64,000 nt of DNA from a virus. Position 1 is the stretch's first letter. Each line of letters begins with the position of its first letter. Of this stretch, positions 55,101-61,400 are shown piece by piece. The stretch covers positions 37,656 through 101,655 of the IMG/VR virus record IMGVR_UViG_3300030107_001040; one strand, 5' to 3'. Both the position numbers and the translations under genes were made by a program. The notes under the pieces are model-generated. The model was not told where the DNA came from. It was given only the letters and a program-made list of their open reading frames with translations, and did no database searches.

Positions 55101-57153
55101 TAATCAGTTAGACAGTTCTGCTTACTACGCAACTATAAGTTTAAATAATGCAATTTCTATTCCTACTAAGAAGTATGGAACTAGAACTATACCTGTTGGT
55201 TTAGGTGGCGGATTAAGAAATGCTGATCATATTTACGGAATACAAAGTGACGCACATGCTGAACTAGAAAGAGTTACAGAAAATTCAGGTAAGGTAGTAC
55301 AAGTTTACCAGAGATTCCGTATTGATGGTGATATCACTGATGGTCCTTACACTATGGGTGAAGTTGTTAAGAAACAAGGTAATTCTTCTATTACTGGTGT
55401 TGTATACGGTTTCTATTCAGATGATAATTACAAGTATCTTGATGTTAAGGTAACCGCAGGTCCATGGGCGATTACTGATAACGTTGTAGGTGATGAAAAC
55501 TCAACAACTGCTCAGATTAGTGCTATTGAAAATAGACTTCATATTATTGATCTTAAGGGTGAATTTACTAATGATATTCCATTCAAAGGATATACAAGCA
55601 CTAAGACAGCAACTCCAACAGGATTCCTGAAGAACGAAGCTGCTGTTACTGCTAATACAGGTGGAACACTTACAGTTGATACTGAAAGTTTAACAGGAAC
55701 ATTTGAAAGAACTGCAGTTGTTTATCCAGAATCTTCTAGAATATATCTGGATGTAAGTAAGATTGCTGGTCTTGATATTAAGGTTGGTGATACAGTTAAA
55801 TCTACTGGATATGTAAGATACGGTATTAGTATTCTTAACAGTCTGAATGTATTTGTAGAGGGTAATAGACTCTATAAGGTTGTTGGTGGTATCCAACAGA
55901 CAGGTACATACGCAGTTATTACTGAAGTTGATGTAGCAAATAACTTCATCTATATAACTCCAGTCGCAGGAACGATTGTTGCAACTGATATAGTTGGTGA
56001 TTATGGAAGTGGATTATCATTCCCACAAGGATATGCAACCGTAACTACTGTCACAACTACTGCAGGTGCAGGTGCTGGATTAGTTCAAGATATTCGTGAT
56101 ATTGCTCTTAATAAGAGAATATATCTCACAAATGTCGCAGGATCATTTGATGCTAAGGATTCCATTAAAGGTCCAAACTCTTACAAGGGAGCAATCGTTG
56201 GACAGGCAGATCTTAAGGGACGTGTTAAGAGAGCATTCAAGGGATTTGATGGAACAACAACTACATTCCCATTAACGATTAGTAATGGAACATCATATCT
56301 ACCTGATCCCGCAGGTCATATGTTGATATTCCTTAATGGTATTCTACAACCTCCAGGTGGAACTAACGCATATACAGCGTTCTCTAACCAGATTCAGTTT
56401 ACTGAAGCACCAGATCTAGGTGCATCCTTCACAGGATTCTACGTAGGTAAAATGAGACAGTTAGATGATATATCATTTGAATTTGACTCTTTACGTCAAT
56501 CATTCAACCTTAAGCGTAATGATGTATTCTACTCACTAACGCTTACGGATGGTGTTCAATCTTCTGTCATCAGACCTGAAAATAATATTATTGTTTCACT
56601 CAATGGTGTTATACAGGAACCAGGCGTTGGTTTTGAATTGGTTGGTTCTAGAATAATCTTCTCTGAGATTCCTCGTGTAGGATCAACATTCGTTGCATTC
56701 TCATATGTTGGTTCTGAGGCAGACGTTGACGCTGCTGAAGTGGTACCACCAATTGAACCTGGTGACTTCATAGATATACAAGGTGAAACTGCAGATAGAG
56801 AAGTTGCTGTTATTGAATCTTCCAACTCTCTAATTACATACGACTATCTTGGATCCGTCTTCGGTAAGGATGGTGCTGGAACTGCAATAGTTCAAAAAGG
56901 ATTTATTAGAGATGTTCAGATCACATCAGGTGGTTCTGGATATACTTCTAGACCTACAGTTAGACTTGATTCTATCTCTGGTTTTGAAGGTAATGTTAAA
57001 GCACTGGTTGGTGTTGCTAGTGTTGAGATGAGTGCTGCTGGAACTGGATATCAGGATCCAACCATTGCAGTTGAAACTTCTGTTCCTGATGATTGGACTG
57101 CTCCTGACTTAAGTCAATACGGCGAAGAGTTAGTAGATCCAGAAACACCATAA
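34168..57153 (+). CDS. gp7: Giant baseplate wedge initiator gp7-like structural protein (7661 aa)
   Basis: Located after gp6 and upstream of gp8. gp7-like segments 'Q.PDFI..DYPLF..FLEYYY', 'IK.IKDFY.SKGT..S..YLFKLLYGE' and 'IQDSYYYQDFSY.VKS...W......VHPA.FKVFG'. Also YHYH-like, two LamG-like and many repeat domains. Confidence 0.8.
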   Translation: MTNINKVSQAVVSQTPDFIEQDYPLFNKFLEYYYLSQEKTGMGQNILNNFLGYLDIDKLDIGILDGATKVVEDITATSDTIIVESVDKFLDTNGTILIGDEVVYYETVTAAPDIALSPGISYDQVKLKWINLASPLLSFDGTTRTFPLTSQDNPIAAPSAQHLIVSNYGKVLIPGTDYAVSGTNIVFTTAPRARVPSDDSSSTYITYLNGFNENTIVALDNLSNGFGEQKRQFTITKSGTRYEPVVDEYVLAVYDNRLLVPKVDFFIDGDQFIFLTAPLNGRYLSLYAIEAPIPSFGSGAVGYARISDTGTLSNISVNTNGTKYRFAYPPKVSINSATGSGASATSLVNGIKSVTLLDGGAGYSATNPPTVQIQTPTATGSTAATLKATVGTDGAVSSLEVTNSGSGYTFTPRITFKQPGGAKLGTPTITSGKITGTVPITDGGQGYTTIPTVYVDEPTGTNPVRAALTATLTNGVVTGITIANAGSGYTETPRIAIIDPVGAQILETKVDSDGRVIDIDLLSGGSGYTDIPSVYIVDNRTDATGAYAGGTGAKATASIFNGKITDINVSTFGTGYSQTSPPDVVIQSPPAAEASATTGLNEITGFTINQAGTGYTKASFNKCARAASGITSYTEDGNAVFTNMTTAAAHVTNDNIKCLDQLFVKRLLDKYTEQYLPDVPTLDYKTIDVRTAIKTIKDFYGSKGTSYSIGYLFKLLYGEQVSISYPKDQIIKPSDATWSIDTILRATLVSGDPENIRDGLLTQDADIADTNVKAASALVENYISIKTSKLEIYELVLSEETIAGTFIVPYKTKLAEPLDKTASIITVDSTIGWPERNGEFLIGSSTDTAELIQYKEKSLNQFIECTRSVNSVVEDWDSATEVKSNFKVYVNKGTAQEVVMNIVGIVDAQQTTLTDTGSYYLPGDKLTVSKLGGTGTSPELTTWLYNVKKLISVSTITYGGVNDQSATVTCANNHGLLVGDQVTIYGANPIIYNGTFLVTSRDSATVFQYNLPQPATVIPQGNILVSIDLNKGKSENAAVLNAIGPYTTNIQNSFFNDTYVYVASTGIPNYNIGPFPGSALLPGNQRKLTRFPISPTTISTKNNIAAGPIGTWVNGVSVWSYKSTLSKTFGAVTSIDITNAGSGYDAAYPPKITISDGGGSGATASVVVNGSVSEITVSTGGSGYTSSPLVSIVGGGGSGAAATAIITKGVVSRVLINSGGSGYTSQPSITIVGGGGTGATATASVRGPIKSIGVDTGGNSYTSNPSVTLSSGSGAVAQPVISNGRIISIAIISAGSGYTTAPEIDIQGAGFGAVARATIDLDGENAGRVTGITIVNRGIGYVQGTTVINLNSIGLGAVFSPNVFKWTYNLQATATLDSAKGGVFEGFNNQYGGEYGHISNPQRLRYILGDSLQEQTAGTITEQESQITHSPIIGWAFDGNPIYGPYGYSDPTDQTSTINRLLTSYRLKTALVYNATTNPLPVREAGPLLTSEAAGNFVEDYEYVFGLGGLDQYNGRFCKTPEYPNGRYCYFVTIDATEAGNPVFPYVIGPSFNSVVDAWNLSTSAIQQNIPTGVVRYRDPYENVDIDVDRAPNVSTNALTTEAGDILLFEIEDEDRSGVIDQAETDDPDQMFEESPLQLFDYFPTVTFDSKVDIEVETITKFEDASVTGFTVENSGKNYQVNDRLIFDNTDTDGTGVSARISRIKGETVASYNFENVGGTNYGVLKTSTPHNLSVGDSVFLTYTPIMNNTNKTFVVRQLKGIEEIVVNTTGSGYSSDIPPVITIDSTSGSAGSLEAVVTTVGSIETVNILNSGSGYTSNPRVILSHPQIFKKADYYVSKIENQDYVKVNDAVVNTKKEVFICGKTLDATGNTVGFVAKLSATGVKEWQKTLESTDGQTYTEFQKLYVEGNDVWAVGNNKPNAALLAAYNPDVILAKYTQATNGLSATLTFQKAYAGISGSTRSDNVTAITKYSDTRFVIGGYTNTNSANPYDAYIALIDTTGNFALKRKVASTSSSEKITGLIVKGSNIYFSLEIAATQAATAVDVGFGKATVGTTAITVDYVKNYSNTLYSFLDSSCAIDEFDEVYLTATLRLKSNNTTKDSFWVGKVDLTGDLIWNYRYLISAGTITAASKSEIDLFGDLNVIINKSATSNGEKTVETLKIGYNGLLKEHSTNVFNVNNIEGITAYGMAIDESADVHVFGQTSWNRNEFVYDFAGNEQTDVTGHYTLTSTSTTNSITYADNVAKILGYNPAGSNSTWINSHLKVTGTQLKTKLSGDWTLEFQIYKDSTTSQTLSQTGQTLCAIGGAQDATGGLWLGYDISSGKLQFAVTNSSTALNTATPIESTQTTMYYNNSWQFVAITKIGTAFKVYVNGVEVISGTQSSTQLENKDLYFGQQVGWGSGAADFNQNKQGQFYIDNIRLRNKGVTPTVPTDVTGVPPSNNTFGFAFDWVDDAWFTTHLNKYDYIDYVGWGIKIDKNADAVRVGTFTERTNTKLGFIRANVSPVVGSTLTMASTGLGLAEAGFQSLDFDDATTTMSQDTETLTYTQDIWSSRTATVPSPGSQKLSVSAVVKDRYYFKVTNTVKIDNVQKLTLNQSFTFTNNAKLQLYDGSTFINSGYIIKQDADNKQVYLAINNNAWSNDLNTGTLSTVQFSEQSTYGIVGPIPNDINEITSYSFAQINNTTPGTFDIDLNDFNHPEGGSNNMDELSKFKPYADADYSIRIDEVAGGSAYIVGSVITIASGNISFNAAYTTAQITGLTGVLKITLVANLTKVLQVSAVANSDEVYVITGTSHYLKKGEMIFVDGNPSQQVGATTYDEYDGSFPVDTVVSPLEFTYKLNSIAVTDPATTAANVSIFVKSPVLKMYYGHQYLFDLSHSSLVGGNLSFAKDNLYKLEYSFNSIERVGTPGVTGQGITTPTVKLKVDENVVTNISYYFDPSRTTDADSPVISGSYLDVTDSPYKGTFTISSISGATITTGADTFKFVLLNEPEGAADITQTSYSTSSVKAVGAISNIRIVNPGGFYTKLPIVTGITSTRVIERVQIETPGTEYAVGEYTGVPIAGDGEGGLVSITVADGTDDEGTVIPGQINNVVVTSPGKGYTSGTIDIEAISGILGSGLTGSGAVLNVIIPSNGTEASIFTQGTSVGKIKKLKNNNFGYDYPHDYTLRPEITFPINAQLTSTSILDSITITDPGSGYSQAPAVVITGGGGSGALAEATIRNGRLDQVIVKDPGAGYSSTPTVSLRSSFNYVINIDLGLLQFAFPHGIANGSAITLNVVDTGSGAEFPLAAGATGRLNGTTTYYAITGTANSLENDQLKVAITAANAELGDALTFTNAGTGRQQVLTESFGGGASANVITSTFLEGELVYQGDSLASATATGYVSTNEGWQVGPRVLKIVDYTGTFAETQKLTGVISKSSGTISDLNIAKGVLEIGSITKTTGQFIDDVGKPSEIIQKIQDSYYYQDFSYAVKSAVSISDWKEILIKNVHPASFKVFGELNLSDYGSIPNKETDFQLTKSVELAREAIVPNIQSFALVEPIYSEFNNTEVLFRQKRLTSSENILTSVVQRLDDISSLFDGERISFPLQVNQTNVVANANQLMIVLNGVVQNPGTSFSIQGDSVVFSEPPQPPASVKYVNITISQQATKTNTFTNISGIFPSVGNALVGTVSGARLTVTSVVGNVIDGFITEGTFIIGENVTVGATGFNANIATQSDVSNIGLFQYGETVTNLTSDTAKVEQINLATGQETPLAQLRYTIGPSTTDFEVVAYKTDNSAADAVVPVGTFTATKKYQFGSEIFLVNSITQGSDSTTLNVTRAQDGTAAVSQQEDLPVYGTDISVTTALTLSKTAGTYQSTPGLFDIQLNDYIIGAKSGVVAKVTATAVYTDPITNEAISQVNISAGSSFFGLLFNRIASQTYPNQVLDDISKSQVSIVKFTDTNITDGLSSTAFNAEFPANERINNYVVPYDNATGAFAENEFIRNYKLEYGNNIGEFTAGESGKVRKLTYTLPQGDGFFSAGQIIRTRDTKAEVIGYNQARQTVYIGKIGRTKATGEDYHAVTFTGNAQLDTAQKKFGTASLLCDGTGDYTNIVTSTEFGLATGSFTIEAYVRPANVSGTKVIIDFRTAATEVSPMLQMNNAALEFYVNGSVVASGGTLAANTWHHIAVVKGGTTTKLYVDGTKVGSDYTDNNNYGATKPIRIGADVAGANGFNGHVDEVRVSNTNRYTANFTPLVGIHQGDSNTVLLLHYDGADAQTWVEDWSGGESFTNGEYFNNDAIRATHRSSANAPSGYVNKTNRYYNAADLIELNKEFLAQEVVFILKRRHPHHTIKGSEVDCEDDVRDVLTAIIYDLRNGGNNKIWDASSYYIDRTTTPVTLKFVTNEVDEVVYTYDKLEQIVKYILTNTPWEVQGDHGLKQKFDTSITESDGTSPTALTPTAATYNAVTGDMILTVASHGLNAETQITATNAAYVASTGVLTLTKSGHGLANGTRIKLDHNSIVMSCTSDSNTVNQSYPRPDDPAAQGWLEISNVQTNTFDINVGKSPTVNYTPSAGTYNAETGFLTMNIGKHNLRTGRKYTASNASYDPAGGVMTITIGNNIDVDSAAYDPASGDLVMTIGTHNFDIGDKVKIAKNSLFFTCSMDEHRSVHAYPRDGDPAFNADLEITDTTGTSITVNVGTTPIVSYTATGATYTPATGVMELTIGSHSIAVNDSIRIADNSLTFTCAEDSDQTSHTYPRAITDPLAAPTGATYNPNTGIMQMTINSHGMSGPSTTTPTAATYDADTGIMRLTKSSHGFKVGDMVKLDDGAITFSCTMDSNATNHAYPRATDPISGQWVAIVAAATNTFDIPVGASELGDYTHTFVSAVTNGVKKANDVMKIADNGISFKCAEDGNNSIHSYPRPGDPMSGKWMVIEAAATNTIDVQVLDSVPSTHTSVHTFNNAVTGSFLKKRDPFQGTSIPVTAVTGTTITVNVGISSNTTAHTWTAAGVNGISSGGNYTHKYVDSATGAIIPNHGFYVGDRVMVEKGALVFTCAQDSHGTRHAYPRITDPYFNKWIKIINVTTNTFGINVGVSSNTTAHTFKFCTPNGIVRSGETIRMAKDAISFTCSQDGYATVHSYPRGDDPVASTSIPIYNDGSEHTATTASYNSSTGAMVITVPAHGFAVDDQIRIENNSLTFACKKDSNQTLHSYPRETDPYVRRWLRISAVTTNTFTVNVGAANSTDDRYDHTFVSATPKGIVKRDNTITVNVGPTPNKNFVPTTGAYTPASGALELTIGSHSLPAPTTHTVTGAAYVPSTGVMTLTLAGHGFSNGEQVKFAQDALTFTCTHGAGNHTYPRATDPMHNKWMPISNVTTNTFDVQVLDVIPSSNITVHTFVSATTNGMSKANSTIRLASDSLQMSCTFGGGGAVTKTYPRHQAATHTAAAGTTYNPNTGILSITTSSAHGMVPGTPIQLLDDSLTFSCGFGGGGQVNKTYPRSTDPVSNRWLFIQNVTATTFDVKVLDSIPSTNVDAHTFVSATSAGIIEGDPMMGRAIPIEAVTGTTITVNALNGKDVTNTDAHTWVGLSTYQHQPTAATYTPTTGVLSLTKAAHGWRDGDKVQIADNSLSFRCAMGDDSSLHTYPRATDPVSGRWLTISNVTTNTYDVNVGTTPTLNFTPTDVDYNPVTGKMKLTIGHHNLAVGNSVKFATESLIFKCAHDSYATNHSYPRSTILTHTVTDGAYNTGTGVMTLTVAGHGMGNGDWIKMADNSITFSCAFGGASGTAAQKSYPRSTDPISGKWVKISGVTTNTFNIQVLDTAPSTNTDAHTFVSATTGGVTQKKDRSYDAPIEILEADESSITVQVLSTIPSSNTTNHIFVSSSANAVITGGNYTHEFVKATSTAVTRSICNSGGNYNHVFSSGVTNSISTGGNYTHTFVSAGTNGITIAGDSVYIDKEALTFTCTKDNNEKQAKYPRTTDPKFKQILPIIKKDTNTFTINVGAAAAKDQYAHTFISATTGGVKKSNYSNTDCADVVSTSANLIDILTDTLENGALATPVDHLGTVTKVTPPTKFLGGLIDSYMETPFDLSYHNASTDLVYSNQIDLDTHYRYRDAANLIRRNRGAIVDKAAYDMLQRYPDLAQDMPRNAGGTSTDGTTRCKQDLGLVVDGIANDLEHGGNLDTITAANFYIGTGGELQHIRLQIAQSVYVHERLALYLKQAITGDLTDDNTDNIVVGDWGITNDATGTQFSVTGATYDPTGGDLVLTIGSHTLPIGRMITIAENGLTFSCNTGSGVVNKTYPRSSGASTTSGADYAYNANLAITAVTATTITVNVNGGQGAISNLAAHTYVSSTANCVSVPGNCANVQSAIDTLITTVNDIIAPTGSDYAIGADRLHFNRKYIAEEITGLTSTYFTYTLNNVSYVALTYPNEVTCQRDIRYVIEGIISDLQTGGNNSTIAAIEKYITATLQLDHIEDQLLGTIYAMEQIKQMGEKALNNLLYDNGATVTGQQYAAIHTDETAYRDVLTPTNINDVIYDFRDLVDVVVEMLAPAGVAGRSAGKNILFNQNYYKQELNSLVNAQFGAGAWTTAYNTFVDEMVNNVCHDIVTTDLSKTQVGYTINVEGSLGEFVVGETVISSNGGKATVLEWDGEQEILYVDDFDVHHWVPTNTLTGVDSDAWATISANGVSSPYDWYTTPTNVKAIASARLITSNVQGQIAGTNIFPSPENFNAAGWTDTGITKVLDNLTSPDTTLTADKLVCSAVAGEHFTYKNFTISAYDTFDDGTIKWDTTGQKFDEGATGTQESQQYTFSVFLKKGEFSRVRLQFGLDTGGAAEQLAFFDLNTTDGTVGSIFTPGNGVTVDAFGAIPYGDGWYRGYITCTFSFGFAQIRTQIFVRNATGQASFTGDGSSGVYGWGLKLFKGVLDPYQSASGKLFYADTEYNIKNYTLDQLQTYMSRALNGSNQSPSPSATFYEYYDATAAGDYEYVSIERLVRNNLNIIRNQLDSSAYYATISLNNAISIPTKKYGTRTIPVGLGGGLRNADHIYGIQSDAHAELERVTENSGKVVQVYQRFRIDGDITDGPYTMGEVVKKQGNSSITGVVYGFYSDDNYKYLDVKVTAGPWAITDNVVGDENSTTAQISAIENRLHIIDLKGEFTNDIPFKGYTSTKTATPTGFLKNEAAVTANTGGTLTVDTESLTGTFERTAVVYPESSRIYLDVSKIAGLDIKVGDTVKSTGYVRYGISILNSLNVFVEGNRLYKVVGGIQQTGTYAVITEVDVANNFIYITPVAGTIVATDIVGDYGSGLSFPQGYATVTTVTTTAGAGAGLVQDIRDIALNKRIYLTNVAGSFDAKDSIKGPNSYKGAIVGQADLKGRVKRAFKGFDGTTTTFPLTISNGTSYLPDPAGHMLIFLNGILQPPGGTNAYTAFSNQIQFTEAPDLGASFTGFYVGKMRQLDDISFEFDSLRQSFNLKRNDVFYSLTLTDGVQSSVIRPENNIIVSLNGVIQEPGVGFELVGSRIIFSEIPRVGSTFVAFSYVGSEADVDAAEVVPPIEPGDFIDIQGETADREVAVIESSNSLITYDYLGSVFGKDGAGTAIVQKGFIRDVQITSGGSGYTSRPTVRLDSISGFEGNVKALVGVASVEMSAAGTGYQDPTIAVETSVPDDWTAPDLSQYGEELVDPETP
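47452..52170 (+). repeat. 15 nested copies of a ~100-aa domain within gp7
   Basis: Recurring segments 'A.Y.P.TG.M.LT...H', 'FTC......H.YPR', 'DP....W..I..VT.NTF.VNV' and 'HTFVSA'. Confidence 0.85.
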
Positions 57154-57156
57154 ATA
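57149..57156 (+). promoter_or_regulatory. Late promoter variant (CATAAATA)
   Basis: One mismatch to TATAAATA, at the gp7 stop and 20 nt before the next gene. Confidence 0.55.
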
Positions 57157-57176
57157 ACTAAAAATTATAGCGAGAA

Positions 57177-58403
57177 ATGGCTAAACAATCACTAGGTCTT
57201 GGAACCGCAGCTAATGATAATACAGGTGATACCCTCCGTGCTGGTGGTGACAAGATTAATGATAATTTTAATGAACTGTATACTGCATTAGGTAACGGCA
57301 CTACATTAACTGTTAGTGTCACAAACCCTGCTAACGGTCAGGTCTTGCGTTATAATGGCACGAATTTTTTACCGTCAGATTATAGTGCGTTAACTTCTGC
57401 ATTAGATGTTTCAGGCAATTCAATTATTTCATCTTCTAATGGAAATATTGTCATTGCTCCTAACGGAACTGGAAACGTAACTATATCAAATGGTAGTGTT
57501 ACCAACACATTTAATGGTACTGATGGCATTATTGATATGCCAACGAAAGTAAAATATAAGAATGAGTTTGCTAATATTGGTGCTGCCCCTGCTGCTGCAA
57601 CATATACTGGATATTTCTTTACTGTAGATGGTGATGATAACCCATATGTAAACATTAATATTACTGCAGGTGGTGCTGGTGATGTTAGAGCAAAGATCTT
57701 AACACAGTATTCTAGTGTTGATCTTTTAACTGATATTGATATTACAACTGCTGCACCTACAGATGGACAAGTTTTAAAGTGGAGTGCTAGTGGAAGTAAG
57801 TTTGTTCCTGGTGATGATGCTGCTGGTGCTAGTTTACAAAACTTATTTGCAACTGTTGCTGGTGACACAGGATCTACAACGGCAAATAGCACAAGTGATA
57901 CGTTGACTGTTGCAGGTGGTACTAACATTACCACTGCTGTTTCTGGAGACACCGTTACAGTTAACTTTGATGGAACAATATATTCTACCTTTGCTTCATT
58001 AACAGATACAAGTGTAAGTAGTATTGTTCAGGGACAGTCTTTATTCCATAATGGAACTGCTTGGACTGTATCAAATAGTCCTCTTATTTGGTGGGAATTA
58101 AATTCCAACGGAAGCACAGACTTTACTTTTGCTGGACCTGGTTTTGCTTCTGCAACTAATGACCCAACTCTTTATGTTATGAGAGGTATGACTTATGCTT
58201 TTGATAACACTGTTTTGGGTGGTGCTCATCCTTTCAGAATTCAAAGCACACAAGGTTTGACAGGAACTCCTTATACAGATGGTCAATCTGGTAGTGGAAC
58301 GAGTGTTCTTTATTGGACAGTTCCTATGGGTGCTCCTAATACCCTTTATTATCAATGCACATTACATGCCGCTATGAACGGCACGATCAACGTTATAACG
58401 TAA
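57177..58403 (+). CDS. Baseplate/tail-fibre connector with gp9/gp10-like N-terminus and cupredoxin-like C-terminus
   Basis: 'G..ANDNTGDTLRAGGDKINDNFNELY' N-terminus; 'HPFRI...LYYQCTLHAAMNG.I.V' C-terminus. Confidence 0.72.
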   Translation: MAKQSLGLGTAANDNTGDTLRAGGDKINDNFNELYTALGNGTTLTVSVTNPANGQVLRYNGTNFLPSDYSALTSALDVSGNSIISSSNGNIVIAPNGTGNVTISNGSVTNTFNGTDGIIDMPTKVKYKNEFANIGAAPAAATYTGYFFTVDGDDNPYVNINITAGGAGDVRAKILTQYSSVDLLTDIDITTAAPTDGQVLKWSASGSKFVPGDDAAGASLQNLFATVAGDTGSTTANSTSDTLTVAGGTNITTAVSGDTVTVNFDGTIYSTFASLTDTSVSSIVQGQSLFHNGTAWTVSNSPLIWWELNSNGSTDFTFAGPGFASATNDPTLYVMRGMTYAFDNTVLGGAHPFRIQSTQGLTGTPYTDGQSGSGTSVLYWTVPMGAPNTLYYQCTLHAAMNGTINVIT

Positions 58404-58408
58404 TATAA

Positions 58409-61400
58409 ATGGCGAGAACTGTCCCTGGATCTGGTGCCGTTATTGAACCAATTTTTGATGAAGTATTTGGTGTTCGTGCGGTAGAAGTTAAAAATGGTGG
58501 TACTGGATACTCTGTATCTGACCCACCACGTTTGACTGTTAATGGTTGTGGAACACCAGATAGAGCAGCAGTATTATATCCTATTATTGATGATGATTCT
58601 GGTAGAATTACACACGTTCGTGTGTTAGATAGAGGTCTAGGATATGATCCTCTACGTCTTCAAATCACACCTTTACAAGAGACTCCTAATATTGTTACTT
58701 CTTTTGATGTTAAGAGAGTCTTCCAAGATCATCCTAATTCACCTTTAACTACAACATTCCAATCATCTGGAACTCCTCCAGTATTAAATGATAGATTGGC
58801 TATTGTTGCTGATAATCATCCTAAACCTACTTGGACACAAGCAGAAGCAGCACCAGGTGGCGGTCCATTAGTAGATAGAACATTCAATCAACAGTTTGTT
58901 TATAGAGGTGGTAAAGACGTTCCTAACCCAGGAACAAGAGAATTACAGCAAGATAAGGTAACTGGTATATTAGCAAATGGAGGTTTACTCCATACTCCTG
59001 AATGGGGTGTAGACGGTAATGCTCCTCCAGGACATCAAATTGATGCAGTCAAGAATGGTAATGTAAAATCTAAGAGTGCTTATGATACTGTTGTAGAAAG
59101 TAATGTACAGTATTATCATTCTAGTAAAACTATTAATGAATTTGCCACGACAAATGGTGTTTTTGAATGGGGTAAGTTAAGACACTTTACATGGAAAGTT
59201 AAAGTTGAGACTGACAACATTATGTTGCAAGTCACAGAGGTTGATGAGACTCTTGGTAATGTTGAAGTTGGTAGACTTGTAGATGAAGTTGGTGGAAATG
59301 CAAGAGGAGAAGTTTCTAAAGTTGTTAGAGATGGAAGTAATAACGTTACTAGAGTATATCTTAGAGATCTAACACCAGATCATGCTTTCGCTAATAATGA
59401 TAGTTGTTTAGGTGCTAATGGATTTACATTTAAAGTAAGTGCAGTTCCTACTACTTTCACTAATGGTGCTTATTATTTTGAATTTGGTGAGAACGCATCA
59501 GAATTTGGTCCGTTTATACAGAATGCATATTATTTTTCACCAGAAAATATTAAAGTTAAAGCAAATTGGTTAATTAAACTTGATCAGTCAGATTCAAGTA
59601 ATGCAGGTCATCAGATACAATTTAGTACAACTCCAGATGGTCCTAATAACTCAACTCCTGGAACAATTTACTATAAGAGTAGTGGAGTAAGTGACGCACC
59701 TGCTGCTGATTATGAAAATGAATTGCAACCGATATTCGTAATGAATTCGGATGAAACTGGAAGCATTTATTATTACTGTAAGAACCATGCATACTCTGCT
59801 GGATTTACTGGAGATGCTGGTTATATAAAACTTGATACTGCTGCTGACACTCTTCCAGCTCTTACTAATACTTACTATACTACAGACTTTTATGCTACTG
59901 GTCCTGACTATTCAAGACATGTAGATGGTCACTCTAAGATTTTGGGTATGTCCTATGATGGATATCCAATTTATGGACCTTGGGGATATGATGCATCTGG
60001 GACAGTAATTAGACAAAAACCTGATTATAGACTTAGAACTACACCAGAATTAGCTGGTAGTCGTCCCATAGTTACTACTGCTTCAACAGTAAATTATACA
60101 GTTACTATTGCTAGTGGTAAGTATCTCTTTAGTGGATCTACTCCATCCTTTTTAAGTTTTGAAAGAGGTAAAACTTACGTATTTAATTGTAATGATTCTA
60201 GTTGTGATAGTCAGCAATTATTAATTTCTACACAAGAAGATGGTTGGCATAGTGGTAACCCTGTTGTAATTGGTGATACTTCTGTACTTTATGGTGATAT
60301 AGGTGTAACCTATCAGATTGATGGATCTGATGTATCATATACAGCATATCTTTCAGGATTTAATGGTGCAACAACAAGAGGAGTTACATTTACTATTCCT
60401 CCGACTGCTCCAACTGCTCTCTATATCTTTGCATATACAACTGCTGGACATGGTGTAAGAACTGTTCAAGATGGATATATCTTAGGTGATTTAATTGGAG
60501 ATTGGATTGATGATGAATCTGCTGCATGGGCTAGTGCATCAACATATGCTCAATATGATACAGTAACAAATGCTTCTAAGATATATGAAGCAACTGCTGC
60601 TATATCTTCAGGTGGTTCTGCTCCAACTCATACTTCAGGAACTACAAGTAATTGGAAGTATCTTGCTGATGTAGGAACTCTTGATCAATATAATGGAAAG
60701 TATGCTGTAACTCCAGAATATCCTAATGGAACTTATTGCTATTGGATGACAGAGGATTCTTCAGGTAATCCAATATATCCATATGCTATTGGTCCTAGAT
60801 TCTATGGAGCACCTTTATTTGAAGGTGATACAGTTCCAACTTTACCTGCAGTTTTCCCAACTGTTGCAGAAGGTAATGTTGTTTTAAGTGCTGATAATCC
60901 TGGTCAAGTCTCTTATATTAAGATGACTAGAATGGGAGATAATTATTTTGGTCCTGCTTCTGCAAGAATTCTTGGTGGACAAGGAACTGGTGCTTTAGGA
61001 AGTCCTACTGTTCAAACAATAACTGGTTTATCTCTTATTAATGCAGGTAGAGAATATGCCACACCTCCAACACTTATCTTTGAAGGTGGTGGTGGACAAG
61101 ATGCTCAAGGTGCTGCTGAAATTGATACTTTAGGTAGAATTACTTCTATTACTGTTTCTAATACTGGTGAATATTATCAAGAACCTCCTTATGTTTTAAT
61201 TACTGGTGGTGGTGGCGGTGGTGCTAAAGCTATTGCAACAGTAAGTCAAGGTTCTATTACTGGTATTACTGTTACCGAACCTGGTAATGGATATACTACT
61301 GAACCAAAAGTAATTCTTACAAAACTTGTAAACCTAAAACGTAAGACTAGAGCAAGACAGGCATTTAACTCTGGTGCTATCTACTTAACTGGTTTGGTTA

